From: an uncultured Acidobacteriota bacterium
GTDB lineage: Bacteria > Acidobacteriota > Thermoanaerobaculia > Multivoradales > SZUA-115
Assembly: GCA_963805975.1 (NCBI GenBank)
Contig: CAWDVR010000005.1
Span: forward strand, 544,001 to 608,000
Direction of reading: 5' to 3'
Length of the DNA: 64,000 bases
Of this stretch, positions 17,850 to 30,451 are shown piece after piece. The notes under the pieces are model-generated. The model saw nothing but the letters and a program-made list of their open reading frames with translations, was not told the origin of the DNA and did no database searches. Numbering within the stretch: position 1 is the first letter of the stretch; every line of letters starts with the position of its first letter. The translations under genes were made by a program, and so were the position numbers.

Positions 17850-18310
17850 TTCTCAACCCTCCCGTAGCGATCGGTGGCGGCCGCCCGCAGGCGATCGGCG
17901 AGCACCGAGACGAAGAGCGATCCCAGCCCGAAGAGAGTGCCGAAGGCGATCACTTTGGCGAAGGTGGCGAAAGGCCCCACGGCGAGCTGCCAGGCGCCGA
18001 AGCCGAGCACCGAGGCGCCCGAGGCCACGAGGGCCAGCCAGCCCAGGCGGCGCAGCACGGCGCTCGCCGGGCCGCGGGGCCGCTCGTCCCATTGGGTGTC
18101 GGGAGGCACCTGGAAGCGCGTGCCGCGGGTCGCCTGCCGGAGACGGTGGATGTCCGCCACCAGGTCACGTGCCGCGGCGTGGTCCTCGAGGTAGAGGCGT
18201 ACCTTCTGCGCCTCGGCCTGGGTCAGCTCGCCGTCCACGTAGCCCGAGAGCAGCGCCTCGTCGAAGACTGGTGGGTTCATCTCGTGCGGCTGTGCGGTGG
18301 TATCGCTCAA
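17846..18310 (-). CDS. Membrane-bound anti-sigma factor (zf-HC2-like N-terminus)
   Basis: LLSGYVDGELT motif, two C-terminal transmembrane helices, directly downstream of an ECF sigma factor. Start is TTG 18310 or ATG 18280. Confidence 0.8.
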   Translation of the reverse strand: MSDTTAQPHEMNPPVFDEALLSGYVDGELTQAEAQKVRLYLEDHAAARDLVADIHRLRQATRGTRFQVPPDTQWDERPRGPASAVLRRLGWLALVASGASVLGFGAWQLAVGPFATFAKVIAFGTLFGLGSLFVSVLADRLRAAATDRYGRVEK

Positions 18311-18927
18311 GGCTGGCTCCTTCCCGCGTCTTCCCGGCCCTGGCTCGTCAGCAGGATCTGGCGCAGGGTGGCGCGGGCGCGGTGGAGGCGCGACATCACC
18401 GTGCCGATGGGGACCTGGAGGACGCTCGCGATCTCGGAGTAGGAGAGATCCTGGTAGTCGCGCAGCACCAGGATCTCGCGATGGCTCGCGGGCAGAGCTG
18501 CCAGGGCCTGCCAGACCTGGCGCTTGAGCTCGCGTTGCTCGAAGTCGGCGGCCGGGTCGGCGTCTTCGTCGATCAGGTCGGGCCGGAAGGGCTCGCCGTC
18601 TGCGGGCAGCGGCTCGGCCCGGCGCACCTTCTTGCGGCGCATCAGGTCGTGCGAGCGGTTCCTGACGATGGCGAGGAGCCACGGTTTCACCGGCCGCTCG
18701 GCTTCGAAGCGGTGCAGCTTGGTGAAGAAGGAGAGCAGCGAATCCTGGGCGACGTCCAGCGCGTCGTCCGGGTTGCCCAGGAGCTGCAGGGCGAGCAGAA
18801 AGCAAGGGCGGCGGAAGCGCTCCAGGAGCTCGTTGCCGGCGGTGCGGTCGCCACGCCGCGCGGCAAGCACGAGGTCGCGCTCCGAGAGCGTCGGAGCCGG
18901 GGGCGCCAGCGAAGCGGGGAAGGCCAT
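18307..18927 (-). CDS. ECF RNA polymerase sigma-70 factor
   Basis: DALDVAQD, WLLAIVRN, LSYSEIA...GTVMSRLHRAR motifs. Confidence 0.93.
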   Translation of the reverse strand: MAFPASLAPPAPTLSERDLVLAARRGDRTAGNELLERFRRPCFLLALQLLGNPDDALDVAQDSLLSFFTKLHRFEAERPVKPWLLAIVRNRSHDLMRRKKVRRAEPLPADGEPFRPDLIDEDADPAADFEQRELKRQVWQALAALPASHREILVLRDYQDLSYSEIASVLQVPIGTVMSRLHRARATLRQILLTSQGREDAGRSQP

Positions 18928-19024
18928 CTCTGCGTTCACGACTAGTGTATACGCGATCCGAGGGCGGCCTATTCGCGCCGGCACGCCTTGGGGGCCGGGC
19001 CGCTTTCGGGTATGGTTTTCCGCT

Positions 19025-19966
19025 ATGTCCCCTGCCGCGGCCCCGGAGATCTCGGTCGTCATCCCGACGCACGACCGCCGTGCCGTGCTCGCCGAGGTGC
19101 TCACGGCCCTCGAGCGGCAGCAGGGGGCGCCGCCGTTCGAGGTGGTGGTGGTCGACGACGGCTCGACGGACGGCACGGACGAGCTGTTCAGCCGGCTCGC
19201 GACCGCGCTCGAGCTCAAGTACATCCGCCAGGAGAACCGCGGGCCGGCCGCGGCCAGGAACCGCGGGGTGCTCGAGGCGAGGGCGCCGCGGGTGGCCTTT
19301 CTGGGGGACGACACCGTCCCGCGGGCCGGCTGGCTGGCGGCGCACCAAGCCGCGCACCGGAGGTTGGGCGACGATCCGTGCCGTGCGGTGCTCGGCTACA
19401 CCGCCTGGCACCGCCGGATGCGGCCCACGCGGTTCCTCTCTTACATCAACGAGCACGGGCTCCAGTTCGGCTATGCGCTGATCCGCGAGGCGGACGACGT
19501 GCCGTTCAACTTTTTCTATACCTCCAACGTCTCGCTCGCCAAGCGCCTGCTGCTCGCCGAGCCCTTCGACCTGCGTTTCCCCTACGCGGCATGGGAAGAC
19601 ATCGAGGCGAGCTACCGCATGTCGAAGGCCGGGATGAAGCTCGCGTACGCCGCCGAGGCGGTGGTCGAGCACGACCATCCCACGGACCTCGCGCGTTTCG
19701 CCGAGCGGCAGGAAAAGGCGGGCTATTCGGCGGTAGTCTTCTACCGTTTGCACGCCGAGCTGGGATCGTTCCTGGGCCTAGGCCCCGACGGCCCGCCGCC
19801 GCTTCCGCGGGGCGGGCGCCAGCGCCGGTTGGAGGGCCTGGTCCGTGCTTTGCAATATCTGCCCGTGAGCCTTCCGCGCATCTGGGAGGAGGTCTTGCGG
19901 TACCACTACGTGCGAGGCCTTCACCGTGGATGGAACGAACGCGCGGGGCTCGGAAAGGAGCATTAG
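19025..19966 (+). CDS. Glycosyltransferase family 2
   Basis: ATG at 19025; VVIPT, VVDDGSTDGT, GPAAARN, LGDD, WEDIE motifs. Confidence 0.9.
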   Translation: MSPAAAPEISVVIPTHDRRAVLAEVLTALERQQGAPPFEVVVVDDGSTDGTDELFSRLATALELKYIRQENRGPAAARNRGVLEARAPRVAFLGDDTVPRAGWLAAHQAAHRRLGDDPCRAVLGYTAWHRRMRPTRFLSYINEHGLQFGYALIREADDVPFNFFYTSNVSLAKRLLLAEPFDLRFPYAAWEDIEASYRMSKAGMKLAYAAEAVVEHDHPTDLARFAERQEKAGYSAVVFYRLHAELGSFLGLGPDGPPPLPRGGRQRRLEGLVRALQYLPVSLPRIWEEVLRYHYVRGLHRGWNERAGLGKEH

Positions 19967-21103
19967 ATGACTTCGGAAGGTTCGGTGGCTCTTCGCACCA
20001 CCCGCTTCGGCGGGCTGGCGGCGCTAGTCTTCTTGATCACCGCGGCTGGCCCGGCAGCGGCTGACCGCACGCGCCAGGATGCGCGTCCCACCCAGGACTC
20101 CGGCCCCACGGTCCGCGTGGAGGCTGGCTCGCGCTCCTCGGACAGCCGCCCCTCGTCGAGGCCCGACTCCGGGAGCGATTCCGGATCGGTCTCGTCCGGC
20201 AATGACAGCCGACCCCACAACGTGGGCCCGCGGCACAACGGCGACGGCCGCATCCGCGTCGACCGGCGGCGGCCGGGCCACTCGTCCTGGCAGGGTCATC
20301 ACGGCCACCACTCTCGCCCCTACTACCCGTACTACCGTTACGGTTGGTATCGTGACCCCTACTACTACTGGCCGTGGTGGTGGGGCGGCGGCCCCTACTA
20401 CAGCTATCCGCACTACTACGAGCCCGGTTATCGCTACGGCTCCGGTGACGGCTACGACGGCGACTCGGGAGCCCTCGATTTCGACGTCAGCCCGGAGCGC
20501 GCCGAGATCTTCGTCGACGGCCAGCGGGTGGGCCGGGCGGACGACTTCGACGGCTTCCCGAATTTCCTCTGGCTGCCCAAGGGCACCTACGACGTGGTGG
20601 TCTATCTGCCCGGCTTCGAGACCATCTCCCGCCAGTACTCGGTCTATCCCGGCGTGGTGATCGACGTCGAGGACCAGATGCAGCGCGGCGACGCCAAGCG
20701 GCCCGAGGAGCTGATGTCCAAGTCGACCGTGAACCGCGACGAGCGGTTGCGGCGCGACCAGGAGCTCGAGGAAGAGGTGGAGGGCCGCGAGCGGGGTGGT
20801 GACGGCCGGCGGCCCGAGATGCGTCGCGAAGCTTCCCCTCGCGAGGCCTACGACGTGCGCGGCGAGCCGGGCAGGCTGGCGTTGTCGCTCGAGCCGAGCG
20901 ACGCCTCGGTCTATCTCGACGGCCGGCTCCTGGGCTCGGCCAGGGATCTCGCCCGCCTGCATTCGGGGCTGATCCTCGACCCGGGCAAGCACCAGCTCGA
21001 GGTGGTGCGGCCGGGCTACGAGAGCAAGACCGTGGAGTTCGAGGTCGAGCCGGGAGAGGAAGCGCGGATCTCGGTGGAGCTCGACAAGCTGGACGAGACT
21101 TGA
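19967..21103 (+). CDS. Exported PEGA-domain protein with Tyr/Trp-rich low-complexity region
   Basis: Signal peptide; two PEGA-like repeats (AEIFVDG...LPKGTYDV; ASVYLDG...LDPGKHQL). Confidence 0.8.
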   Translation: MTSEGSVALRTTRFGGLAALVFLITAAGPAAADRTRQDARPTQDSGPTVRVEAGSRSSDSRPSSRPDSGSDSGSVSSGNDSRPHNVGPRHNGDGRIRVDRRRPGHSSWQGHHGHHSRPYYPYYRYGWYRDPYYYWPWWWGGGPYYSYPHYYEPGYRYGSGDGYDGDSGALDFDVSPERAEIFVDGQRVGRADDFDGFPNFLWLPKGTYDVVVYLPGFETISRQYSVYPGVVIDVEDQMQRGDAKRPEELMSKSTVNRDERLRRDQELEEEVEGRERGGDGRRPEMRREASPREAYDVRGEPGRLALSLEPSDASVYLDGRLLGSARDLARLHSGLILDPGKHQLEVVRPGYESKTVEFEVEPGEEARISVELDKLDET

Positions 21104-21148
21104 GGTTCCGAGGCCGGCTCCGGTCGGCCTCGAGCGACAGCCCCTGCA

Positions 21149-21179
21149 ACGGCCGGCCCCTGTGCCGGCCGTTTCTTTC
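21149..21179 (+). terminator. Rho-independent terminator
   Basis: ACGGCCGGC-ccctgt-GCCGGCCGT hairpin followed by TTCTTTC, between convergent genes. Confidence 0.7.
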
Positions 21180-21190
21180 AGATCACTTCC

Positions 21191-21817
21191 TCAGATCACG
21201 CCGGCCTTGACCGCCTCTTTCTCCATCGTCAGCAGCCAGCGCTTGCGCTCGCGGCCGCCGATGTAGCTGCCGATGCCGGACTTGTTGGTCACCACCCGGT
21301 GGCAGGGGATGAGGATGGGGATCGGGTTCAGGGCCAGGGTGGCGAGCACCAGCCGGTAGGCGTCCGGCTTGCCGGCGGCCGCCGCGATCTTGCGGTAGGT
21401 GCGGTGCTTGCCGTAGGGGATCTTCGCCGTCTCCTTGAGCACCCGCTTGGCGAAAGGCGTCAGGTCCGAGGTACCCAGGTCCCATTCGAGCTCGGTCGAG
21501 GGGCGGGCGCCGGCGAAGTACTCCGACAGGTGCCCGAACACCTCGTCCAGGAACTCGGAGTCGTCGATCTCCTCGAACGGCTGGTAGCGGCGCTTCTCTT
21601 TGCGCTTGGGCGCGATGCGGACGCTGGTGACGACGTTGCCGTGGAGGGTCATGCCGAGGTCGCCGATCGGCGACGGGAAGAGCACCATCAGCGGTGGCTC
21701 CTCCAGCACGGCGCGCGCGATCGGCTCTTCGGTCGGTTCCGGCGGAGCCACTCGGCCGCGCGGCAAGTCAAACATGGACCGGTAGATTACCACGGCCTCC
21801 GAGCCCTGCCAGGCCAC
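21191..21817 (-). CDS. ogt: Methylated-DNA--protein-cysteine methyltransferase
   Basis: IPYG...TY, NPIPILIPCHRVV active site, GSYIGG. Start codon uncertain. Confidence 0.9.
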   Translation of the reverse strand: MAWQGSEAVVIYRSMFDLPRGRVAPPEPTEEPIARAVLEEPPLMVLFPSPIGDLGMTLHGNVVTSVRIAPKRKEKRRYQPFEEIDDSEFLDEVFGHLSEYFAGARPSTELEWDLGTSDLTPFAKRVLKETAKIPYGKHRTYRKIAAAAGKPDAYRLVLATLALNPIPILIPCHRVVTNKSGIGSYIGGRERKRWLLTMEKEAVKAGVI

Positions 21818-21849
21818 CGTTGGCGACCGCCGACCGATAGAATCGCGTC

Positions 21850-22588
21850 ATGTCCGCCACCCTGGGGCGCCTGCGCAACCTGTTGATCCGCTTGCGGCAT
21901 GGCCTGCCCTCGCCCGGCAAGGCGGTTTCGCCGCTTATCGACAACGATCTATTCCAAGCCCATCTCGCGCTCTACCTCTTCGCCGCCGCCCGCGCCGCCG
22001 GCCGCCGCTGCCTGGACCTGGGCTGCGGTACGGGGTACGGCACCGCCCGGCTGGCGGAGGCGGGGGCCGAGGAGGCGATCGGCAGTCGATCTCGATTCCA
22101 AGTGCATCGCCTTTGCCCGGCGGCGTTTCGGCACTGCGCGCATCCGCTTCGTGGTCCAGGATGCAGCGAGCGAGGACGGTGCCGGGATCGATGGCCGTTT
22201 CGGCCTGGTGGTCGCTGCGAACCTGCTGGTGCACGTGACGGATGCCAGGGCCGTGCTGCAGCGCGCCGCGGGCCTGCTCGAGCCCGAGGGCGTCCTCGTC
22301 GCCTCGGTGCCGCCGATCCTCGACGGCCAGACCATGGACCTCCATCGCACTCTCCCCAGCCATCTCTCCAATCTCTATCTCTGGGACTGGGAGGACTTGC
22401 TGCGAGCTTCGTTTGGCAAGCTTCGGCTCTTCCGGCAGTCGCCTCCTCCTGGCCGCCACCCCGACCTCGCGGGCTCCGGCCCGCCGCGTGTCGAGGCCGC
22501 AGAGTTCAGCTTCGAGGAGATCGCGCTGGCGGATCTCTACGACGCCGGCACGATGGCCGCCGTCTTCGTCTGCAGTGAGCCCAAGTGA
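21850..22588 (+). CDS. Class I SAM-dependent methyltransferase (frameshift near 22084)
   Basis: [10 protein letters not shown] in one frame, VDLD...[13 protein letters not shown]...LLEPEG in the next. Removing one extra base restores IGVDLD. Confidence 0.8.
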
Positions 22589-24069
22589 GCTTTCTCACCT
22601 CTCTATACCGGCCGCCGCTCGGGCTGCTGACCGACCTCTACGAGCTGGCAATGGCCTACGGCTATTGGAAGGAAGGCCTGCGGGACACCGACGCCTGCTT
22701 CCATCTGTTCTTCCGCCGTCCGCCGTTCCAGGGCGGTTTCACGGTGGCTTGCGGCCTGGCGCAGGCTGTCGAGCTGATCGCGGATTTCCGCTTCGCTGCC
22801 GACGATCTCGACTATCTGGCCTCCCTGACCGGCACGGACGGCAAGCCGCTCTTCGAGCGCGCCTTCCTCGAGCACCTGCGGCACCTCGAGCTCGCCTGCG
22901 ACATCGACGCCGTGCCCGAGGGCACGGTGGTCTTCCCCCAGGAGCCGCTGGTGCGGGTCTGCGGGCCGATCCTCCAGGCGCAGCTCCTCGAATCGGCGCT
23001 GCTCACGCTGGTCAACTTCCAGACCCTGATCGCCACCAAGGCCGCCCGCATCGTGGTGGCGGCCGGCGGCGAGCCGGTGCTCGAGTTCGGCCTGCGCCGG
23101 GCGCAGGGCGTGGACGGTGCGCTCTCCGCGGCGCGCGCGGCCTACGTGGGCGGCTGCGCGGCGACCTCGAACGTGCTCGCCGGCAAGCTCTTCGGCATCC
23201 CGGTCAAGGGCACCCACGCGCACAGTTGGGTGATGTCCTTCGCCACCGAGACCGAGGCTTTCGACGCCTGGGCCGATGCCATGCCCAACAACGCGGTCTT
23301 CCTGGTGGACACCTACGACACGCTGGACGGCGTGCGGCGGGCCGTGGACGTGGGCCGCCGGCTCCGGGAGCGCGGGCACTCGCTGGTGGGCGTGCGGCTG
23401 GACTCGGGCGACCTTGCCTATCTCTCGATCGAGGCGCGGCGCATTCTCGACGAGGGCGGCTTTCCGGAGGCCGAGATCTTCGCCTCGAACGACCTCGACG
23501 AGCACATCATCTCGAGCCTCAAGCAGCAGGGCGCGCGGATCGGCGTCTGGGGGGTGGGCACCAAGCTGGTGACCGGCCACAGCGATGCCGCCCTGGGGGG
23601 CGTCTACAAGCTGGCCGCCATCCGGCCGCCGGGCGCGGCCTGGCAGCAGAAGGTGAAGCTCTCCGAGCAGGCGATCAAGACCTCGACCCCCGGCATCCAG
23701 CAGGTGCGCCGCTACTTTTCGCGCGAGGAGTTCGTGGCCGACGCGATCTACGATCTCGAGCTGGGGATCGGCCCCACGCCGACCCTGATCGACGCCATGG
23801 ACTTGACGCGCCGCAAGCACGTCACGAAAGACCTCGAGCACGAAGACCTGCTGGTGCCCGTCTTCCGCGGCGGCCGGCAGGTCCTGGAGCTGCCCTCTCT
23901 CGAAGCGGCGCGGGAGCGCGCGGCCACGCAGCTCGCCCGCTTCCATGCCGGGATCAAGCGCTTCGTCTACCCGCACCAGTACCCGGTGGGCCTGGAGGAG
24001 AACCTGTTCGAGCTCAAGACCCGGCTGGTCCTCGCGGCCCGCGGCGAGAGCGAAGCGGTGGTGGGCTGA
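22585..24069 (+). CDS. pncB: Nicotinate phosphoribosyltransferase
   Basis: [54 protein letters not shown] motifs. Confidence 0.95.
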   Translation: MSFLTSLYRPPLGLLTDLYELAMAYGYWKEGLRDTDACFHLFFRRPPFQGGFTVACGLAQAVELIADFRFAADDLDYLASLTGTDGKPLFERAFLEHLRHLELACDIDAVPEGTVVFPQEPLVRVCGPILQAQLLESALLTLVNFQTLIATKAARIVVAAGGEPVLEFGLRRAQGVDGALSAARAAYVGGCAATSNVLAGKLFGIPVKGTHAHSWVMSFATETEAFDAWADAMPNNAVFLVDTYDTLDGVRRAVDVGRRLRERGHSLVGVRLDSGDLAYLSIEARRILDEGGFPEAEIFASNDLDEHIISSLKQQGARIGVWGVGTKLVTGHSDAALGGVYKLAAIRPPGAAWQQKVKLSEQAIKTSTPGIQQVRRYFSREEFVADAIYDLELGIGPTPTLIDAMDLTRRKHVTKDLEHEDLLVPVFRGGRQVLELPSLEAARERAATQLARFHAGIKRFVYPHQYPVGLEENLFELKTRLVLAARGESEAVVG

Positions 24070-24093
24070 GCCGGCCCCAGGAAGGAGAGCACC

Positions 24094-26247
<2,154 letters not shown>

Positions 26248-27015
26248 GTGCCCGTCCTCCGCGCCGCCGATCTCACCTGGCCCGAGATCGAAGCCCTGGA
26301 CCGCGCCCGCCTGGTGGCGATCCTGCCCGTCGGCGCCGTCGAGGCCCACGGCCCCCACCTGCCGCTCGCGACCGACGTGGTGATCGCCGAGGCCATGGCC
26401 GAGGCCGGTGGCGAGCGGCTCGCGGCGGCCGGCTGGGTACCTCTCGTCCTGCCGCCCATCTCCTACACGGCGGCGCCTTTCGCTGCCGGCTTCGCCGGCA
26501 CGATCTCGGTGCGGCCGGAGACCGTGACGGCCCTGGTGGTGGACGTCGCCCGCTCCTTGAGCGCGCTCGCGGGCCGGGCCCTGGTGCTCGCCAACGCCCA
26601 CCTCGACCCTACGCACCGCGCCTCGCTCGCCGCGGCCGTGGCGGTGGCGGAGAGCGAGGGTCTGCTGCCGATCGTCTTTCCGGACGTGACGCGCAGGCCG
26701 TGGGCGTCGCGGCTCGGCGAAGAGTTCCAGAGCGGCGCCTGCCACGCCGGCCGCTACGAGGGCTCGATCGTGCTCGCGGCGCGGCCCGACCTGGTGCGGG
26801 AGGAGCTGGCCCGTTCCCTCGCCCCCCACCCGGCTTCGCTCTCGGTAGCGATCCGCGCGGGCAGGCGCTCTTTCGAGGAGGCCGGCGGGCATCAGGCGTA
26901 CTTCGGAGATCCCGCCGCGGCCTCCCGCGAAGAGGGGGAGGCCACGATCGAGACCCTGGGAGAGATCCTGGCCGAGGCGGTGGCCGCGGCCCTGGGCGAA
27001 CCCGGCCGAGCCTAG
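26248..27015 (+). CDS. Creatininase family amidohydrolase
   Basis: PVGAVEAHGPHLPLATD, NAH and CHAGRYE motifs. Confidence 0.9.
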   Translation: MPVLRAADLTWPEIEALDRARLVAILPVGAVEAHGPHLPLATDVVIAEAMAEAGGERLAAAGWVPLVLPPISYTAAPFAAGFAGTISVRPETVTALVVDVARSLSALAGRALVLANAHLDPTHRASLAAAVAVAESEGLLPIVFPDVTRRPWASRLGEEFQSGACHAGRYEGSIVLAARPDLVREELARSLAPHPASLSVAIRAGRRSFEEAGGHQAYFGDPAAASREEGEATIETLGEILAEAVAAALGEPGRA

Positions 27016-27051
27016 CCGGCCGCCTCTTCGCGAAAACCCGTCCTCAGAACG

Positions 27052-30000
27052 CTACTGGAGCACCCCGATCGTGCCGCCGGGGTCGAGTGGGCACTCGTTC
27101 GGCAGGCACTGCACGCCGTCGGCGAACAGGCTGCCCGGCGGGGCCGAGGTGGCGCGCTTGAAGTCCACGCCCTGGTACCAATTGTTCTTCACCCACAGGT
27201 ACTGGGCCTTGGCCGTGGCCCGCTGCGCCGCGGTGATGTTGGGGTTGGTGATCTGGGCGCGGAACGTGTCGCCCATCAGCCGAAAGCGGATGAGGATGCT
27301 GATGAAGTAGTGCTCCGGGTCCCGGCAGTCGTAGAAACCGTTGCCGAAGACGTCCAGGATCGAGCCCGCGCTGCTGCAGCCCGGCATGCTCCCGGCGCCC
27401 ACGCCTCCCTGCGCCGTCGACAGATTGAAGATCGCGTTGTGGATGTTGAAGGGGTCCGCAGTCGAGCGCAGGCAGACCGCGAACAACGAGTGCCCGAATT
27501 CCTCCACCACGTGGCCCTCGCGCGCCTCGACGTGCACCGAGGACATGGTGATGCCCCCGGTGGCCGCGCCGGAGCGGCCGAGCATCGCGAAGCGGTGGAT
27601 GGGCAACATGCAGTGGTTGGGGCCGCCGTAGATCCATTCGGGATACATCGCCAGGCCCACCCACTTCTCGAGGCTCATCTTGTAGCGCTCCCAGGGCGCT
27701 CCCCAGGGGCTGGGGAAGTAGCGCGCCGGGATGGTGAACAGGATGTTGTTGTTGCTCGAGTCGAAGGCGAGGATCTCGGGCATGAAGCGCTTCTCGTGCA
27801 CCGGGTTGAGGGTGAAGTCCCTGAGTTTCATCCCCTGGATGTGGGCGACCGCCGGGCTGCGCACGATCCTGGCGCTGTCGATGCGCACCTGGTGGTTCTT
27901 GGCGAAGTCCTGCATCATGAGGGCCGGCGCGAGGAAGCGGTTGCCGGCCGAGGCGGCGGCGGAGGAGCGGAACTCGTTGCCGGCGCCTCCCTGGCCGTGC
28001 AGGAAGCTCATCACGTCGTCCCGGCCGTCGAAGTCGATGTCGCCCACCAGCGGCACCTCGCCGGCGCGGGAGAAGTCCGTCGCCCACACGGTCGAGGTCG
28101 CAAACGACGAGCCGGTCGAGAGCGACACCCACACCGGCGCCTGGCCCAGGAGCGAGCCGTCGGCGAAGTGCTGGGGCTGCTGGGTGAAGGTCACGATGTC
28201 CGTGCGCCCGTCGCCGTTGAAGTCGCCGACCTGCGGCAGCTCGCCGGCGAGCGAGAAGAAGGGGTGCCAGATCGAAGAGCCGCCGAAGCTCGAGCCGGTC
28301 GACAGCGCCACCCACACCGGCGCGTTGCCCAGGAGGTTGCCGGCCGCGTCGTGCTGCGGCTGCTGCGTGAAGGTGGCGATGTCGGCCCTGGTGTCGCCGT
28401 CGAAGTCGCCCACCGCCGGGATCTCGCCCTGGAGCGAGAAGAACGTGTGCCAGGGCTGGGCCGTGTCGAAGCCGTCGCCGTTCGACAGCGCCACCCACAC
28501 CGGGGCGTTGCCAACTCCGCTCTGGCTCTTCTGGACGAACGTCACGAGGTCATCCATGCCGTCGCCGTTGACGTCGCCGGCCAGCGGCACCTCGCCCGCC
28601 GGCGCGAAGTCAGGGATCCAGAGCTCGTTGCCGCCGAAGCGCATCGAAGGCGCGATGGCGCCGCGGGACACGAACACCGGGGACGAGGAGGACTGCGAGC
28701 GCGGGAGCTGGGTGAGCTGGGCGAGGTCGGTCTTGCCGTCACCGTCGAAGTCGCCCAGCACCTTGGTCCCCGTTTGCGGGGTGACGGCGACCGTCGAGAT
28801 GAAGTCGCCGTCGGGCTCGCCGTGGGTCAGGCGCATGCCCCACTTCTGCGTCGCCAGCCGCTTCATCACCGAGCGGCTGAAGTTCATCAGGTGCGGGTAG
28901 CCGGCGGTGAAGCCCTGCGGCAGCCGGTTGGCCGCGAGATAGATGTCGCCGTTGAACGACAGCACCGCCGGGTCACCGTACACCGAGCCGGCGCGGTCGT
29001 CGGCGGGCCAGCCGGCCTCCAGCCAGCGGTCGTCGTTCGCGCCGCCGGTCAGGTTGTTGCCCCGCTTGTTGGGGTCCTTGCGCGCAAAGCGGGGCTTGCC
29101 GTCGAAGCCGTTGGCGACCACGTAGAGCTGGTCGTAGACGGTGGCCACCCGCGGCCCGCTCCGGGCGTTGAAGCCGGTGTAGGAGGGCTGGGCCCAGTTC
29201 GAGCGCTGGCCGAACGGCGTGTAGGCGGTGGTGTAGTACACCGGGTTGAAGCTCGGGTCCGCGGCTCCCAACAGGTAGGCCAGGTGAAAGCGGCCGTTGA
29301 ACAGCTCGACGTGGTACTGGCCGTTGGCGAGCGCGAAGCCGTTCGTCACTTGCACCTGCTCGCGGAACATCAGGGGAGCGCTGCTGGTCGAGAAGAGGTG
29401 CTGCACCTGACCGCCTTGCACGAAGAAGCCGTTGAGCGCCGTGCCGTCCCAGACCAGCTGCGGCGAGGAGGCCACGTTGGCCATCGCGATGGCCGGGCTC
29501 CACAGCTGCGTCGCGGGGTTGAAGAGCCTCACCTCGTAGCCGAAGAGCGGCTTGCCGCGGAAGGTAGCGAGCGCCAGCTGCTGGCCGAAGGCCCGCGAGG
29601 CGGCGATGGGCGAGGTGCTGGTGATGCCGAGCGGGACCCAGCCCTCGAACCAGGACGGCGTGCCGCCGAAGAACGCCAGCTTGCTCATGTGGACGGCATT
29701 GTTCTCGGCGCGAGCCAGCACGTAGAAGGTGTTGCCGGTGCCGTCCGGCACCACCACCACGGTGGGCTTCTCGATCTTGAAGCGGGGGCCGGGCAAAGAG
29801 CCGACGCGCATCCATCCGGCGGTGAGCACGGCGGCGTTCTCGGCCACGCTGCCGCTGCGCCGGCTGGGCAGGTGCTTGAAGTAGACCTGGCCGTCCTCGG
29901 AGCGCACGCGGAAGACCCACAGCGAGTTGTTGCGGTGCCCGTAGTCGGCGATGAAGGGCTTACCCGCAGGGGTCGTGGCATAGAGGCTCGCGAAGTCTTC

Positions 30001-30336
30001 CAGCGCCCCGGCCAGCACCAGGTCGGAGCCCATGTCGAGGTGTGCCAGCTGCAGGTTGATGTGCGGCAGGTTGATGCGGAAGTCCCAGCCGTCGAGGTTG
30101 GGCTGGATCTCGGGATAGCTCAGGGTCTCGGGGAGCTGGTCACCGGCCGCGGTGTTCCAGCAGCCGAAGATGATCTGCCCGTTCTTGACGCAGTGGCCGG
30201 CGCCGCGGTCGAGCCCTTGGGCTTGGGCCCGGCCGGCGGCCAGCGCCAGCAGGCAGAGGGCGGCGAGAGCGGCCCGACGCTTCGCGCCGCGGTGAGAGCT
30301 GCTTTCGACAGTGGAGCGTAGGCAACGTCCGAACAT
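27052..30336 (-). CDS. Large secreted FG-GAP/VCBS-repeat protein with C-terminal zincin-like segment
   Basis: Signal peptide ending AQA; five GD(F/V/I)xxDxxxD repeats; VVEEFGHSL...PEHYF near the C-terminus. Confidence 0.75.
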   Translation of the reverse strand: MFGRCLRSTVESSSHRGAKRRAALAALCLLALAAGRAQAQGLDRGAGHCVKNGQIIFGCWNTAAGDQLPETLSYPEIQPNLDGWDFRINLPHINLQLAHLDMGSDLVLAGALEDFASLYATTPAGKPFIADYGHRNNSLWVFRVRSEDGQVYFKHLPSRRSGSVAENAAVLTAGWMRVGSLPGPRFKIEKPTVVVVPDGTGNTFYVLARAENNAVHMSKLAFFGGTPSWFEGWVPLGITSTSPIAASRAFGQQLALATFRGKPLFGYEVRLFNPATQLWSPAIAMANVASSPQLVWDGTALNGFFVQGGQVQHLFSTSSAPLMFREQVQVTNGFALANGQYHVELFNGRFHLAYLLGAADPSFNPVYYTTAYTPFGQRSNWAQPSYTGFNARSGPRVATVYDQLYVVANGFDGKPRFARKDPNKRGNNLTGGANDDRWLEAGWPADDRAGSVYGDPAVLSFNGDIYLAANRLPQGFTAGYPHLMNFSRSVMKRLATQKWGMRLTHGEPDGDFISTVAVTPQTGTKVLGDFDGDGKTDLAQLTQLPRSQSSSSPVFVSRGAIAPSMRFGGNELWIPDFAPAGEVPLAGDVNGDGMDDLVTFVQKSQSGVGNAPVWVALSNGDGFDTAQPWHTFFSLQGEIPAVGDFDGDTRADIATFTQQPQHDAAGNLLGNAPVWVALSTGSSFGGSSIWHPFFSLAGELPQVGDFNGDGRTDIVTFTQQPQHFADGSLLGQAPVWVSLSTGSSFATSTVWATDFSRAGEVPLVGDIDFDGRDDVMSFLHGQGGAGNEFRSSAAASAGNRFLAPALMMQDFAKNHQVRIDSARIVRSPAVAHIQGMKLRDFTLNPVHEKRFMPEILAFDSSNNNILFTIPARYFPSPWGAPWERYKMSLEKWVGLAMYPEWIYGGPNHCMLPIHRFAMLGRSGAATGGITMSSVHVEAREGHVVEEFGHSLFAVCLRSTADPFNIHNAIFNLSTAQGGVGAGSMPGCSSAGSILDVFGNGFYDCRDPEHYFISILIRFRLMGDTFRAQITNPNITAAQRATAKAQYLWVKNNWYQGVDFKRATSAPPGSLFADGVQCLPNECPLDPGGTIGVLQ

Positions 30337-30451
30337 GGGGTTCCTCCTGAAGTTGGGTTGGGCTCACCTCGCTTTCTGAAACGGGGTCGGAGGCCGAATC
30401 CCGCCACCTTGACCTCGCGCCGCGGTCCGCACTAGGGTCCGGGCCAGCGAG

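Noticed and set aside
21850-22588. Programmed frameshift in the methyltransferase
   Set aside because: No slippery sequence at the site; a single inserted base like the other indels is the simpler explanation.
28020-28760. DNA repeats with a period of roughly 170-180 bp, considered as a CRISPR array or mobile repeat
   Set aside because: They are the coding FG-GAP repeats, with no constant repeat/unique spacer structure and no cas genes.
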